Origin: Chiloscyllium plagiosum
Taxonomy: Eukaryota
Reading direction: 5' to 3'
Assembly (NCBI RefSeq): GCF_004010195.1
Contig: NC_057752.1
Coordinates: 1,664,487 to 1,705,495 of the forward strand
Length of the DNA stretch: 41,009 bases
Below, piece by piece: positions 11,570 to 21,657 of this stretch; position 1 is the first letter of the stretch; each line of letters begins with the position of its first letter. Both the position numbers and the translations under genes were made by a program. The notes under the pieces are model-generated. The model saw only the letters and a program-made list of their open reading frames with translations. It was not told the DNA's origin and ran no database searches.

Positions 11570-11940
11570 CGAGGTGTTGTCACTGGATGACTAATCTCGA
11601 GGTCCACCCTCATGCTCTAGGACATGGGTTCAAATCCCACCACAGCAGTTGGTCGAGTTTTTTCAATTCACGTCGTAAATGTGGGATTGAAAGCCAGTTT
11701 CCGTGACGTTGACCATGACAGTGTTCAATTGATTGTTGCCCTAGTGTGCTTCAGGGAAGGAAATCTGCCGTCCTTCCCTGGTCTGGGCCTACATGTGACT
11801 CCAGACCCACAGCCGTGGGGTTGACTCCTCAATGCCCACTGAATTGGCAGGGCAAGCCGTTGAGTTCAAGGGGCAGTTAGGGATGGGCAACAAACGCTGG
11901 TCTTGCCAGCGATGCCCACATCCCATGGAAGAATAATGAA
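11570..11940 (+). mobile_element. tRNA-headed SINE sharing the L2-like tail
   Basis: B box gggttcaaatccc, core ggaaggaaatctgccgtcctt...gactccagacccacagc, tail ggcagttagggatgggcaacaaa. Confidence 0.7.
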
Positions 11941-12045
11941 GCCATTTGCTGACTTGGAAACCACAGCCCACCAGCTGAGCAGCTGTTTAAAAAGCAACCA
12001 ATTGAATTGTACTTTACTGACAGGTCTCCTGTTGCTTGTTCTCAG

Positions 12046-12158
12046 GTGAATTTTCTAAGGGAGGGTTGTGGCCCGGATAAGATTTGTCAGAGTAACTTAC
12101 AGATGAAGTATAACTTTTGCACCAGACTTGATGAGGATGTATTCCAGCCCTTGTCAAA
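12046..12158 (+). CDS. ITGA6-like: Integrin alpha-6/7-like exon (genu / calf-1 start)
   Basis: gttctcag| ... |gtacgt. Encodes VNFLREGCGPDKICQSNLQMKYNFCTRLDEDVFQPLS(K) with genu motif CGxDxxCxSNL. 113 nt, phase 0 to 2. Confidence 0.96.
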
Positions 12159-12344
12159 GTACGTATCAATCTCTTTATTCTGGGAGATATTCCATAGCGA
12201 TAGTGTTGTAAGGGACTTGTGCATAGCACACACCAGGTCACACAAGGGTTACAGCACAGAAGGAAGCCCTTCAGCCCATCGGGCAAGCACTGGCTCATTA
12301 CACCAGCATCATTAGTGAGTGCCAATCTCGAGCCTTCTCTTCCC

Positions 12345-12460
12345 TCTGTACTCTTACCCTAATGCACTTTGTATGGCTTGATCTACTGCACATAAAACAA
12401 AACATTTCACTGTATTGAGGTATATGTGACAATATACCTCAAAGCAAATCAAATCAAAAT
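12345..12460 (+). mobile_element. Non-LTR retroelement 3' tail (Rex/Babar-like)
   Basis: tttcactgta...tgtgacaata followed by a (aaatc)n microsatellite end. Confidence 0.4.
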
Positions 12461-12469
12461 ATTTCCCCC

Positions 12470-12960
12470 ATATCCCTGTACCCCATTTCTATCCCGATAA
12501 CCATCCAATGCCCCTCTTGAATGCCTCAATGGAATCTGCCTCCCCCACATTCCCAGGCAGTACATTCCAGACTCTAACTACTCGCTGGGGGAGAAAGGTT
12601 TTCCTCACCTCCCCCTCACTTCATCCCTTTCAATCTCTGTCCCTCTCATTCTTGTCCCTTTTCCATGTGGGAACAGTTTGTCCCGATCTACTCTGTCCAC
12701 CCCCCTCCCCCCATGATGTTGGAACCCTCTCTCAGATCTCCCTCTCAGCCTCCTTCTCCCCAAGGAGAACAGTCCCAATGTCTTCAATCTCTCCTCCTCA
12801 CTGAAGTTTCTCATCTCTGGAACCATTCTGGTANNNNNNNNNNNNNNNNNNNNNNNNNNNNNNNNNNNNNNNNNNNNNNNNNNNNNNNNNNNNNNNCCAA
12901 CTAAAGTGCATCACCTCACACTTCACTGCATTGAACCTCATCTGTCACCTCTCCACCCAC
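12470..12960 (-). mobile_element. CR1-clade LINE fragment spanning an N gap
   Basis: Minus frame MRNFSEEERLKTLGLFSLGRRRLRG...VDRDKLFP. Confidence 0.78.
12834..12896. other. Assembly gap (63 N)
   Basis: Run of N. Confidence 0.99.
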
Positions 12961-13294
12961 ATCCTGTTGACATGACACTTGCCTACGTCACAATGTCCCT
13001 CTTCAGACACTGCCACTGCAATAGAGTGCAGCATCCCTGGTGACTAGGACCTGCTCCATGCCCATCTCAGAAGCATCACAGAAATGTTACAGTGCACAAG
13101 GAGGCCATTCAGCCCCATGTACTTGCCCCCAGTTCTGTTCTCTGGTGCCAGTCTCCTGCGTTTTCCCCTACCCCTGCACCATTTCGGAAGCATGCTGACT
13201 GTCCTCTGAAATGTTCATGTTGCGATGGAGGAGTGTACTTTGTCCAGAGCACTGTTTCTGAAGGAAGGTTGATTGCACATGTCCATCTTTGCAG

Positions 13295-13484
13295 AGATGA
13301 GCAAGGACAGCAGGTATTTTATCTCAGTGACCAGAAGGACATTGCCTTGGAGATTACCGTCACTAACCTGCCGTCGGACATGGCAAACCCAATGAAAGAC
13401 GGTGATGATGCTCACGAGGCAGTCCTGATTGCGAACTTCCCAGACACTCTCTTCCACTCTGCCTTCCGAACATCTCCAAAACAG
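13295..13484 (+). CDS. ITGA6-like: Integrin alpha-6/7-like exon (calf-1)
   Basis: ctttgcag| ... |gtacca. Encodes DEQGQQVFYLSDQKDIALEITVTNLPSDMANPMKDGDDAHEAVLIANFPDTLFHSAFRTSPKQ. 190 nt, phase 2 to 0. Confidence 0.96.
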
Positions 13485-13674
13485 GTACCAGCACCTGACG
13501 CTTTCGGAGCGATTACAAAAACCATTCGTGCTTTTTTTATTCACTGGAATCATTTGGAGTGGGAGGTCAAGGAGGTCAAATTTAGCAGCTTATGTGTATC
13601 GCTATGGCGACACAACAGAGGTGAGTGGCAAGTCAACTCTCACTGGCCAATGTGTTTGTGTCTTGCCTTCCCAG

Positions 13675-13758
13675 GACAGCAGTCTGGTCTGTGTTGCCAA
13701 TGCCAATGGATCCCAGGCCGAGTGTGAGCTTGGAAACCCAATGAAGAGGAATGCTCAG
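13675..13758 (+). CDS. ITGA6-like: Integrin alpha-6/7-like exon (calf-1)
   Basis: ccttcccag| ... |gtatgc. Encodes DSSLVCVANANGSQAECELGNPMKRNAQ with CELGNP motif. 84 nt, phase 0. Confidence 0.96.
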
Positions 13759-14041
13759 GTATGCACTTGTTTTCTGTGGATGGGCGTAAGCCACGTGACC
13801 TTCACCACATACTCGGCACAGCGGGTCCATCCAGTCAGCAGAATGCAAACTGGCCATTTGGCCCAAAACGTCCCCTCTGGTGTCTCTGCTGCATAACGCC
13901 AGGCTTCTAATATCCCATCGACACATGTCTATCTAGTCAGGGCATCAGCAGAGAGAGGCGAGGACTCTGAAAGCACTCCAGTTCAGTCTTGTTTGTTCTT
14001 GTCACAGAGGGAGCCAGTTTCTCATTCTAAAACAAAAGACG

Positions 14042-14688
14042 CTTCTGGTCTCCTTCCTATCAGAAAGATGTTGTGAAACTTGAAAGGGTTCAGAAAAGAT
14101 TTACAAGGATGTTGCCAGGGTTGGAGGGTTTGAGCTACAGGGAGAGACTGAACAGCCTGGGGCTGTTCTCCCTGGAGCGTCGGAATCTGAGGGGTGACCT
14201 TATAAAGGTTTACAAAATTATGAGGGGCATGGATAGGGTAAATAGACAAAGTCTTTTCCCTGGGGTGGGGGAGTCCAGAACTAGAGGGCATAGGTTTAGG
14301 GTGAGAGGGGAAAAATATAAAAGAGACCTAAGGGGCAACTTTTTCCTGCAGAGGGTGGTGCGTGTATGGAATGAGCTGCCAGAGGATGTGGCGGAGGCTG
14401 GTACAATTGTGACATTTAAAAGGCATCTGGATGGGTATATAAATAAAGTTAAAAATCACACAACACCAGGTTATAGTCCAACAGGTTTAATTGGAAGCAC
14501 TAGCTTTCGGAGCTCCCCAGTTCAACACCGGCATCTCCGAATCATGGTATATGAATAGGAAGGGTTTGGAGGGATATGGGCTGGGTGCTGGCAGGTGGGA
14601 CTGGATTGGGTTGGGATATCTGGTCGGCATGGACGGGTTGGACCGAAGGGTCTGTTTCTGTGCTGTACATCTCTGTGACTGTATGACA
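14042..14688 (+). mobile_element. HER1/CR1 LINE, 5'-truncated, relatively young
   Basis: LERVQKRFTRMLPGLEGLSYRERL...RGDLI.VYKIM...RTRGH...VWNELP plus 3' UTR. Closely similar to 32605-33230, 36340-36850 and 40645-41009. Confidence 0.92.
14445..14545. mobile_element. Penelope-like short insertion nested in HER1/CR1
   Basis: Interrupts the LINE compared with the intact copy near 33110. TSD ggtatat(a/g)aat at 14434-14444 and 14546-14556. Confidence 0.75.
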
Positions 14689-14778
14689 TGCTGAGTAGTT
14701 GTGCTGAGAATGCAGAGTTCTTGCTGTCGCTGTTCAGCGAGGTATGGGTGTGCTGACTCTGTGTACTTTGTTTGATAG

Positions 14779-14858
14779 GTCACCTTTTACTTGATCTTAA
14801 GCACTTCTAGAATCGCCATTGAAACAAGAACTTTACCGATTGTACTTCAGCTATCAAC
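14779..14858 (+). CDS. ITGA6-like: Integrin alpha-6/7-like exon (calf-1)
   Basis: tttgatag| ... |gtgagt. Encodes VTFYLILSTSRIAIETRTLPIVLQLS(T). 80 nt, phase 0 to 2. Not in the ORF track. Confidence 0.94.
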
Positions 14859-14940
14859 GTGAGTGCTGTCTGGGGCAGAATCACTTCTGACAAATGTGAA
14901 TTTCGTTTCTGTCCGTGTTGTGGATGACTTTCAATGTGGA

Positions 14941-14969
14941 TGTGTGTGTGTGTGAGAGAGAGAGAGAGA
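14941..14969. repeat. Compound (TG)n(AG)n microsatellite
   Basis: Direct inspection. Confidence 0.9.
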
Positions 14970-15824
14970 CAGCTCTGACCTGTCCTGAGTCTAGTCTAAC
15001 CCTGAAATCTTGTAACTCAGCCCCACCACCATCTCACTCAGCCGCTGCACCGTCTCTTCACTCACAGTCTTGGATCACGGAAGACTGAAGGTTGTCCGCT
15101 CTGAAACCTCTCTCTCCTAAGGGCTGCTTCCAGGTCTCTCCCTGATCACTAACGGAGGCTCTATCAGACTGTTAGAGACATCATTGACCCCAGGGAGATC
15201 TTTCAACCCCATGCCCTCACCATCAGTGGAACCATCTATTTCCTTATTGCCTTGGTAATATCCCTGGACTCTGACCCTCTCTCAGCTTGTCTGCTGCTGA
15301 AGCCCTCGCTGATGCCTCTGTTCATTCTCTATTCAAACACACACCTGGCTGATCTGCCATATTTTACCTCCTGTAAAACAGCCTGTCGTTACCTGCTTTC
15401 TGTCTCTCTATCTCTCTCTCCCTTTATTGAATAAAATTTGTATTCCCTGATGTCTTTTTCGTTCACACGTTGTACACATGAGCAAGTTGCACCCTAGGGA
15501 GTTCACTGTTTGGGATTTTTGGCATGGTTCTGAGACACCATGAACCATTTCACTTGTCCTCTCTCCAGGCACTACCTAATGTGCTGGGCCTTTCCAGTAT
15601 TTACATCCCTCTCGAGTGCTGTCGCGGCTATGGCACAGCAGCTGTCAGTTTTCTCTGCGAGGTTACCTCACCAAACAAGATGGCCTCTGATTTCCCCCCC
15701 CCTCCACCCCGACCTCCCAGCATTCTGTCTCCACTCAGTCCTTCTCAGTGACTGAGATCAAGAACCGGGCAGTAGAGGGACATTAAAGCAAATTCTCACC
15801 TCTCCCTGGCCACCCTGCTACATT

Positions 15825-16820
15825 GAAATAGGAGCAAGAGTAGGCCATTTGGCCCTTCAAGCCTGTCCCACCATTCAATATGATCATGGCTGATCATCCA
15901 ACTCATCCCCCTGTTCCTGCTTTAGCCCCCTAACTTTTGATCCCTTTAGCCTCCTAAGAAGTAAATCTACTGGAAAACATTCAATGTTTTGTCCTCAACC
16001 ACTTTCTGTGACAGAGAATTCCACAGGCTCCCCACTCTCTGGGTGAAGCCATTTAGATTAGATTACTTACAGTGTGGAAACAGGCCCTTCGGCCCAACAA
16101 GTCCACACCGCCCCGCCGAAGCGCAACCCACCCATACCTCTACATTTACCCCTTACCTAACACTACGGGCAATTTAGCATGGCCAATTCACCTGACCTGC
16201 ACATCTTTTGGATTGTGGGAGGAAACTGGAGCACCCGGAGGTAACCCACGCAGACACGGGGAGAATGTGCAAACTCCACACAGTCAGTCGCCTGAGGCGG
16301 GAATTGAACCCGGGTCTCTGGCGCTGTGAGGCAGCAGTGCTAACCACTGTGCCACCGTTTCTCCCCATCTCAGTCTGAAATGGCCTACCCAGTATCCTCA
16401 GACTGTGACCCCTGGTTCTGGACTTCCTGGTCATCAGGAACATCCTTCCTGCGTTTAGCCTGTCTTGCCCTGTTAGAATTTTAGAGGTTTCTATGTGATT
16501 CCCCCTCATTCTTCTAAGCTGCAGTGAATATAGTCCTGACTGATCCGGTCTCTGTTCATATGTCAGTCCTGCCACCCCAGGATTCCGTCTGGTAAACCTT
16601 CACTGTACTCCGTCCCTCGCCAGAACATCCTTCCGCAGGTAAGGAGACCCAGATTGCATACAGTACTCCAGGGTATGGTCTCACTCTGTCCAATAGCAGC
16701 AAGACACCCCTGCTCCTGTACTCAAATCCTCTCACTATGAAGGCCATTGCACCATTTACCTTCTTCACTGCCTGCTGTACCTGCAATATCTAATTTCAGT
16801 GACTGGTGTACAAGGACACC
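15825..16820 (-). mobile_element. CR1-clade LINE fragment interrupted by an HE1 SINE
   Basis: QVQQAVKKVNG.MAFI.RGFEYRS and GLYSL..RRMRG..IETSKILTG...SRTRGHSLRI. Confidence 0.85.
16054..16358 (-). mobile_element. HE1-type SINE nested in a CR1 relic
   Basis: Reverse complement of the 1631 family with (tctaa)n tail. CR1 continues on both sides. Confidence 0.88.
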
Positions 16821-17079
16821 TCCCCTTTTGCTACCCACAACATCTCACAGTAAGATACATTGCCAGTAAAACCTCCAGAGACCCCTTGAGCAAATAGGAT
16901 GACCACCCTGAGAGCATGAACGATGATGGATGCAGTACGGACTGCTGACAGCAGAGGGTACTGTTGAGCTTGGTTCCACTTTGCCTACTTGTACAAGGGC
17001 GCCATCTGCTGGGTCTTCTCACCAAACTAGCTTCAGGGCACAAGAATTTCGCTTCCATCTTTGCTTGGTCAATTGGTGA

Positions 17080-17742
17080 AAATAGTACAGCACAGGAGCA
17101 GGCCCATTGGCCCAGGATGTTGTGCCGAACATGATGCCAAATTAAACGAATCCCTTCTGCTTGTCGTTGGTCCATATCCCTCCATTCCTTGCATATTCAT
17201 GTGCTTATCTCAAAGCCCCTTAAATGCCCCTATCGCTTCTGCCTCCACCACCAACCCTAGGCGTGCGTTCCACACTCCTACCAACCTCTGCAGAAAATAC
17301 TTGTCCCTCACATCTCCTTTGGACTTTCCCCCTCTGACCTGAAATGCATGCCCTCTGGTATTAAGCATTTCAACTCTGGGGAGAACAATTCTGACTGTCA
17401 GCCCTATCAATGCATCTCATAAGTTTATCGACACTTCTACCAAGTCTCCCCTCAGCCTCCGTCGCTCTAGAGAAAATAGCCTGAGTTTTTCTAGCCTCTC
17501 CTTATGATGAAGGGCTTTTGCCCGAAACGTCGACTTTCCTGCTCCTCGGATGCTGCCTGACCTGCTGTGCTTTTCCAGCGCCACTCTAATCTAGACTCTG
17601 ATCTCCAGCATCTGCAGTCCTCACTTTTGCCTTATAGTTCAGACCGTCTAATCCAGGCAGCATCCTGGGAAACCTCCTCAGCAACCCTCTCCAAAACCTC
17701 CACGTCCTTCCTGTAGTGTGGCGATCCGAATTGAACACAACA
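17080..17742 (-). mobile_element. CR1-clade LINE fragment interrupted by a Penelope-like insert
   Basis: CVQFGSPHYRKDVEVLERV and NTRGHAFQVRGGKSKGDVR...VGVWNA. Confidence 0.85.
17506..17629 (+). mobile_element. Penelope-like fragment inserted in a CR1 relic
   Basis: tgatga-a-gggcttttgccc-gaaacgtc plus shared tail. 6-bp TSD ccttat at 17500-17505 and 17630-17635. Confidence 0.75.
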
Positions 17743-17784
17743 TTGAGGGTTTCTTTTCAAATTTAGCAGGTGACAGTTTAAAAA

Positions 17785-17958
17785 GCCAAAGAGCTGCAGA
17801 TGCTGAAAAGCAGAAACAAAAACAGAGGTTGTTGAACACACTCAGCAAAGCAGGCAGCAGCTGTGGAGAGAAAGCAAAGCTAACCTTTCTGAAGCAGGGA
17901 CCTGAAACGCGAACTCTGCTTTCTCTCCACAATTGCTGCCAGGCCTGCTGAGATTCTC
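17785..17958. mobile_element. Older palindromic Penelope-like relic
   Basis: ctcagca...gcagcagctgtggagagaaagca versus tgctttctctccacaattgctgcc...tgctgag inverted arms. Same family as 23259-23812 and 35755-35850. Confidence 0.6.
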
Positions 17959-18140
17959 GCTGCTGGAAAAGCGCAGCAGGTCAGGCAGCATCCAAGGAGC
18001 AGGAGAATCGACGTTTCGGGCATAAGCCCTTCTTCAGGAAATGTCGATTCTCCTGTTCCCTGGATGCTGCCTGACCTGCTGTACTTTTCCAGCAAAACAT
18101 TTTCAGCTCTGATCTCCAGCATCTGCAGTCCTCACTTTCT
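17959..18140. mobile_element. Short palindromic Penelope-like element with hammerhead motif
   Basis: Inverted arms (ctggaaaagcgcagcaggtcaggcagcatcc versus ggatgctgcctgacctgctgtacttttccag). 15-bp TSD cctgctgagattctc at 17944-17958 and 18141-18155. Confidence 0.8.
18007..18040 (-). ncRNA. Minimal hammerhead ribozyme motif
   Basis: Minus strand reads UUC CUGAAGA A GGGC uuau GCCC GAAA CG UC GAU. Core intact, stem I only about 2 bp. Confidence 0.65.
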
Positions 18141-18221
18141 CCTGCTGAGATTCTCTGTCAATTTAATCAAGATGATTATGATAAGAATCACGAAATGTGG
18201 CTTTTTGCTCCTTCCTAACAG

Positions 18222-18299
18222 CATCAGCGAACAGACCGGTTTGGACCCAGTCACAGCTACTGCTCACGTTATACTGGTACTGCCAGTCTCTCTCGTTCC
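18222..18299 (+). CDS. ITGA6-like: Integrin alpha-6/7-like exon (end of calf-1)
   Basis: ttcctaacag| ... |gtaagt. Encodes (T)ISEQTGLDPVTATAHVILVLPVSLV(P). 78 nt, phase 2 to 2. Confidence 0.92.
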
Positions 18300-19078
18300 G
18301 TAAGTGTATCCTCCATCTCTGGCAGAGCTTAGCTTCCTACGTCGCGAAACTGTCACCTGTTCGAAGAGCGAGTGTCAAAATTCAAAGCACTGTGGGTTAG
18401 GCACTGACCTATGACCTAACCGAGACCGATGGGAATGAAAATCTGCTGTGTCTGCCGGCTCTAAGTGTTGTCCATCCACTGAATTTGAGCCGCCCACCAC
18501 AGCACCTTGTCAAACTGCTCCCATGCAAAAGAACTGCATAAAAGAGAAGTTTCATCAGTACCTTTCAGGGTGTCAGTAATGCATTTTACAACCAGTGAAG
18601 TACTTTCGACTTGTTTTTTACAGGTAAACGCAGGAGCCGGTTTTGACGTAAAGATAATGTAGTCCCAGTCTCCTGCCTGTGAGAGATTGCTGTGTGTAAA
18701 TGCACTGTGGAAGTTGGTGGGGAGCAACAGAAATAATGGTGTCTCATTGATGCGATCACCAATTTCTGTCTGTTCAAATTTGCCCTGAATTATAAGCAGA
18801 GCCTTGTACTCAGCAATAATTGGCGAATGTCCAGTGTTTTAGGATTTGTGCAACCACCAAATTGGGGAGCCGATTGTCCCTGCAACCTGGATTGCACCTC
18901 TTTGGCCCAGTGCGAGCTGGCATTGCCAACGCCAAGTACCTCCAAGCAGAGTGCTCCTTTGTTCCACAGGGATGATTCCCGGCTTCCAACCACCATCCTT
19001 GGAGTTGTTCATTTATAATCAGTGAGTTGAGTAATTGGTGAATGTTATTTCATGCTGGTTATTTCCCGAATTTTACAG

Positions 19079-19181
19079 AAATGTTGAACCTCAAAATGTG
19101 TTTTTTGGAGGTGACATAATGGGAGAAAGTGCCATGAGGAAAGAGGAGGATTTGGGGAGTCGTGTTGATTATAAACTAACG
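19079..19181 (+). CDS. ITGA6-like: Integrin alpha-6/7-like exon (calf-2 start); last visible exon, GC donor
   Basis: ttttacag| ... |gcaagt. Encodes NVEPQNVFFGGDIMGESAMRKEEDLGSRVDYKLT, similar to ITGA6 PSQVYFGGTVVGEQAMKSEDEVGS. 103 nt, phase 2 to 0. Not in the ORF track. Confidence 0.9.
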
Positions 19182-19255
19182 GCAAGTACAAATTGTTGAC
19201 TAATTACTCAGTGAAGAATGACACTTACTGAGGGAAATGAATAGGAAGGGATTTT

Positions 19256-19755
19256 NNNNNNNNNNNNNNNNNNNNNNNNNNNNNNNNNNNNNNNNNNNNN
19301 NNNNNNNNNNNNNNNNNNNNNNNNNNNNNNNNNNNNNNNNNNNNNNNNNNNNNNNNNNNNNNNNNNNNNNNNNNNNNNNNNNNNNNNNNNNNNNNNNNNN
19401 NNNNNNNNNNNNNNNNNNNNNNNNNNNNNNNNNNNNNNNNNNNNNNNNNNNNNNNNNNNNNNNNNNNNNNNNNNNNNNNNNNNNNNNNNNNNNNNNNNNN
19501 NNNNNNNNNNNNNNNNNNNNNNNNNNNNNNNNNNNNNNNNNNNNNNNNNNNNNNNNNNNNNNNNNNNNNNNNNNNNNNNNNNNNNNNNNNNNNNNNNNNN
19601 NNNNNNNNNNNNNNNNNNNNNNNNNNNNNNNNNNNNNNNNNNNNNNNNNNNNNNNNNNNNNNNNNNNNNNNNNNNNNNNNNNNNNNNNNNNNNNNNNNNN
19701 NNNNNNNNNNNNNNNNNNNNNNNNNNNNNNNNNNNNNNNNNNNNNNNNNNNNNNN
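19256..19755. other. Assembly gap (exactly 500 N, probably a placeholder)
   Basis: Run of N with a round length. Confidence 0.99.
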
Positions 19756-19879
19756 CTCGATCATATCTGTGCATGGTACCATTTTCTGAGATGAATGATA
19801 AGATGGAGGAAAATACACCAATTGTGGAGAATTTTCATTAGTATAGCGCCTGCTAGGCCAAAGTGTTATGTTTGAGGCT

Positions 19880-20185
19880 GTTGTTCTGTGAGCAAAAGCA
19901 GCAGCCAAGATGGGTGGAGTAAGATCCTACACACAGGAATGAGATGAATGACGAGTTATTCCATGTTGGTGATCTTAGTTGAGGGAAAGCCATTGGCCAA
20001 AGCAGTGCAGCTCTATTTTGGATCACGCTGTGGGATTTTCTTTCACCACGGTCAGACAGGTTACAGCCTCAGTTCGACTTCGAGTGGGGAAGGCAGCATA
20101 CATAATGGTGTGACGCTTATGTCTGCCTTATGCTAAATATTCAGCCGAGAGCTGAACTTGAACCAGTGACCATCTGATTCAGGTA
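19880..20185 (-). mobile_element. Deu-SINE-like relic (very decayed)
   Basis: aagatcctacacacag...gttgaggga...ttggcca...tgggattttc...acttgaacc. Confidence 0.45.
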
Positions 20186-20459
20186 ACTCACACACGTCAC
20201 TATGATGTGACAGAATTGACGGCAATGCCCGTTTCTCACCTTGACAATGTTCTTCAACCAGCACAACTTTTCCAAATGTGGTGGGTTGAAGGTGGCATGT
20301 TTCATTGCCCAGCTGGTAGCTCTTACCTGTTGGCATGGCACCCTTTCAAACCACCCTCGCACACGATCAACAATAACCAGGAACAGCTTAGGAGATGAGC
20401 CGCACCATCAAATCATGTGTTTCTTTCAACAGAGCTTCAATTCACTGCTATCAGGGAGC

Positions 20460-20786
20460 TGGAGGCATAGTGGGAATGTCACTGGACTTGGAGGTGAGAG
20501 CTCAGTTGGTTCATGCATTCAAATCTCGCTGACTTAGTGGAATTTGAAATCAGTTACTCCTTCTGAAATGTGAAGTTAGCCATGAAGCTGTCATAAAAGC
20601 CCACAAATGCCTTTTAGGGAAGGAAATCTGCCATCCTTATCCGGTCTGGCCTACACATGACTCCAGACCCACAGCAAGGTGGCTGACTCTTAACCGCCGA
20701 GGAAACCACTCAGTTCAAGGGGCAATTAGGGATGGGCAACAAATGTTGGCCTTGCCAGCGATGCCCACGTCCATGCACGAATAAAC
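20460..20786 (+). mobile_element. tRNA-headed SINE sharing the L2-like tail
   Basis: Core and tail closely match 11755-11935. Confidence 0.7.
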
Positions 20787-21368
20787 AAGCTTTGCACTGT
20801 GCAGAGCCTACAGACACCATTTAAATTTATCTATCAGGATGTCTGATGAACAATGTAGCAACATCATTGCACACGCGATCTGAATAGCTGCTCAATTGTG
20901 CGCAGTATATACAATTTATTCACGACTGAAAATCATTGGGTATTTGTTGACCTGATCTAATGTTGGACGATATAATACCTCGATACTCCTTTGCGAGCCT
21001 GCTCTTACTTTTATTTTTGATGTGTTCGAACCCTCGCTGTAGTACTGATCTGATTCAACATCTGTAAATATCAAAGGACACACAGCCAAATCCCTTCCGA
21101 AAATATTTTTGTGATGCTGATCTGCTCACCTTTTCATTTAGTAATTGGTAATTGATTCTCCAGGAGTGGCGTTTTTAGTTGCACTGTGTAGCTGGAATGC
21201 AGTTCAGATCAATGAAGTATTAACATAAGAAGATAGACCACTGCTAGTCAGTATTAAATCAGAAACCTCAAATTAAAAGTGTAGGCATCAAATCCTAATC
21301 AGCTACCCATAATAGACATTTTGCTTCTGCTAGCTTTATTTAATGACCAACAAGTGTTAATCAACGAG

Positions 21369-21657
21369 AGGGTGGCACAGTGGTTAGCACTGCTGCCTCA
21401 CAGCACCAGGACCCAAGTTCAATTCCAGCCTCAGGCGACTGTCTGTGTGGAGTTTGCACATTCTCCCCGTGTCTGTGTGGGTTTCCTCGCACAGTCCAAA
21501 GATGTGCAGGTTGGGGTGAATTGGCCCTGCTAAATTGCCCATGGTGTTAGGCGCATTAGTCAGAGGGAAATGGGTCTGGGTGGGTTACTCTTCGGAGGGT
21601 TGGTGTGGACTGGTTGGGCCGAAGGGCCTGTTTCCACACTGTAGGGGATCTAATCTA
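21369..21657 (+). mobile_element. HE1-type SINE
   Basis: ggtggcacagtggttagcactgctgcctcacagc ... gtttccacactgtaggggatctaatcta. Confidence 0.88.

Noticed and set aside
14073..14558. 161-aa ORF (and the similar 180-aa ORF at 32628-33170) as host genes
   Set aside because: C-terminal remnants of CR1/HER1 ORF2, 5'-truncated and interrupted or frameshifted.
19208..19908. ORFs of 185-227 aa
   Set aside because: Almost entirely X from the 500-N gap.
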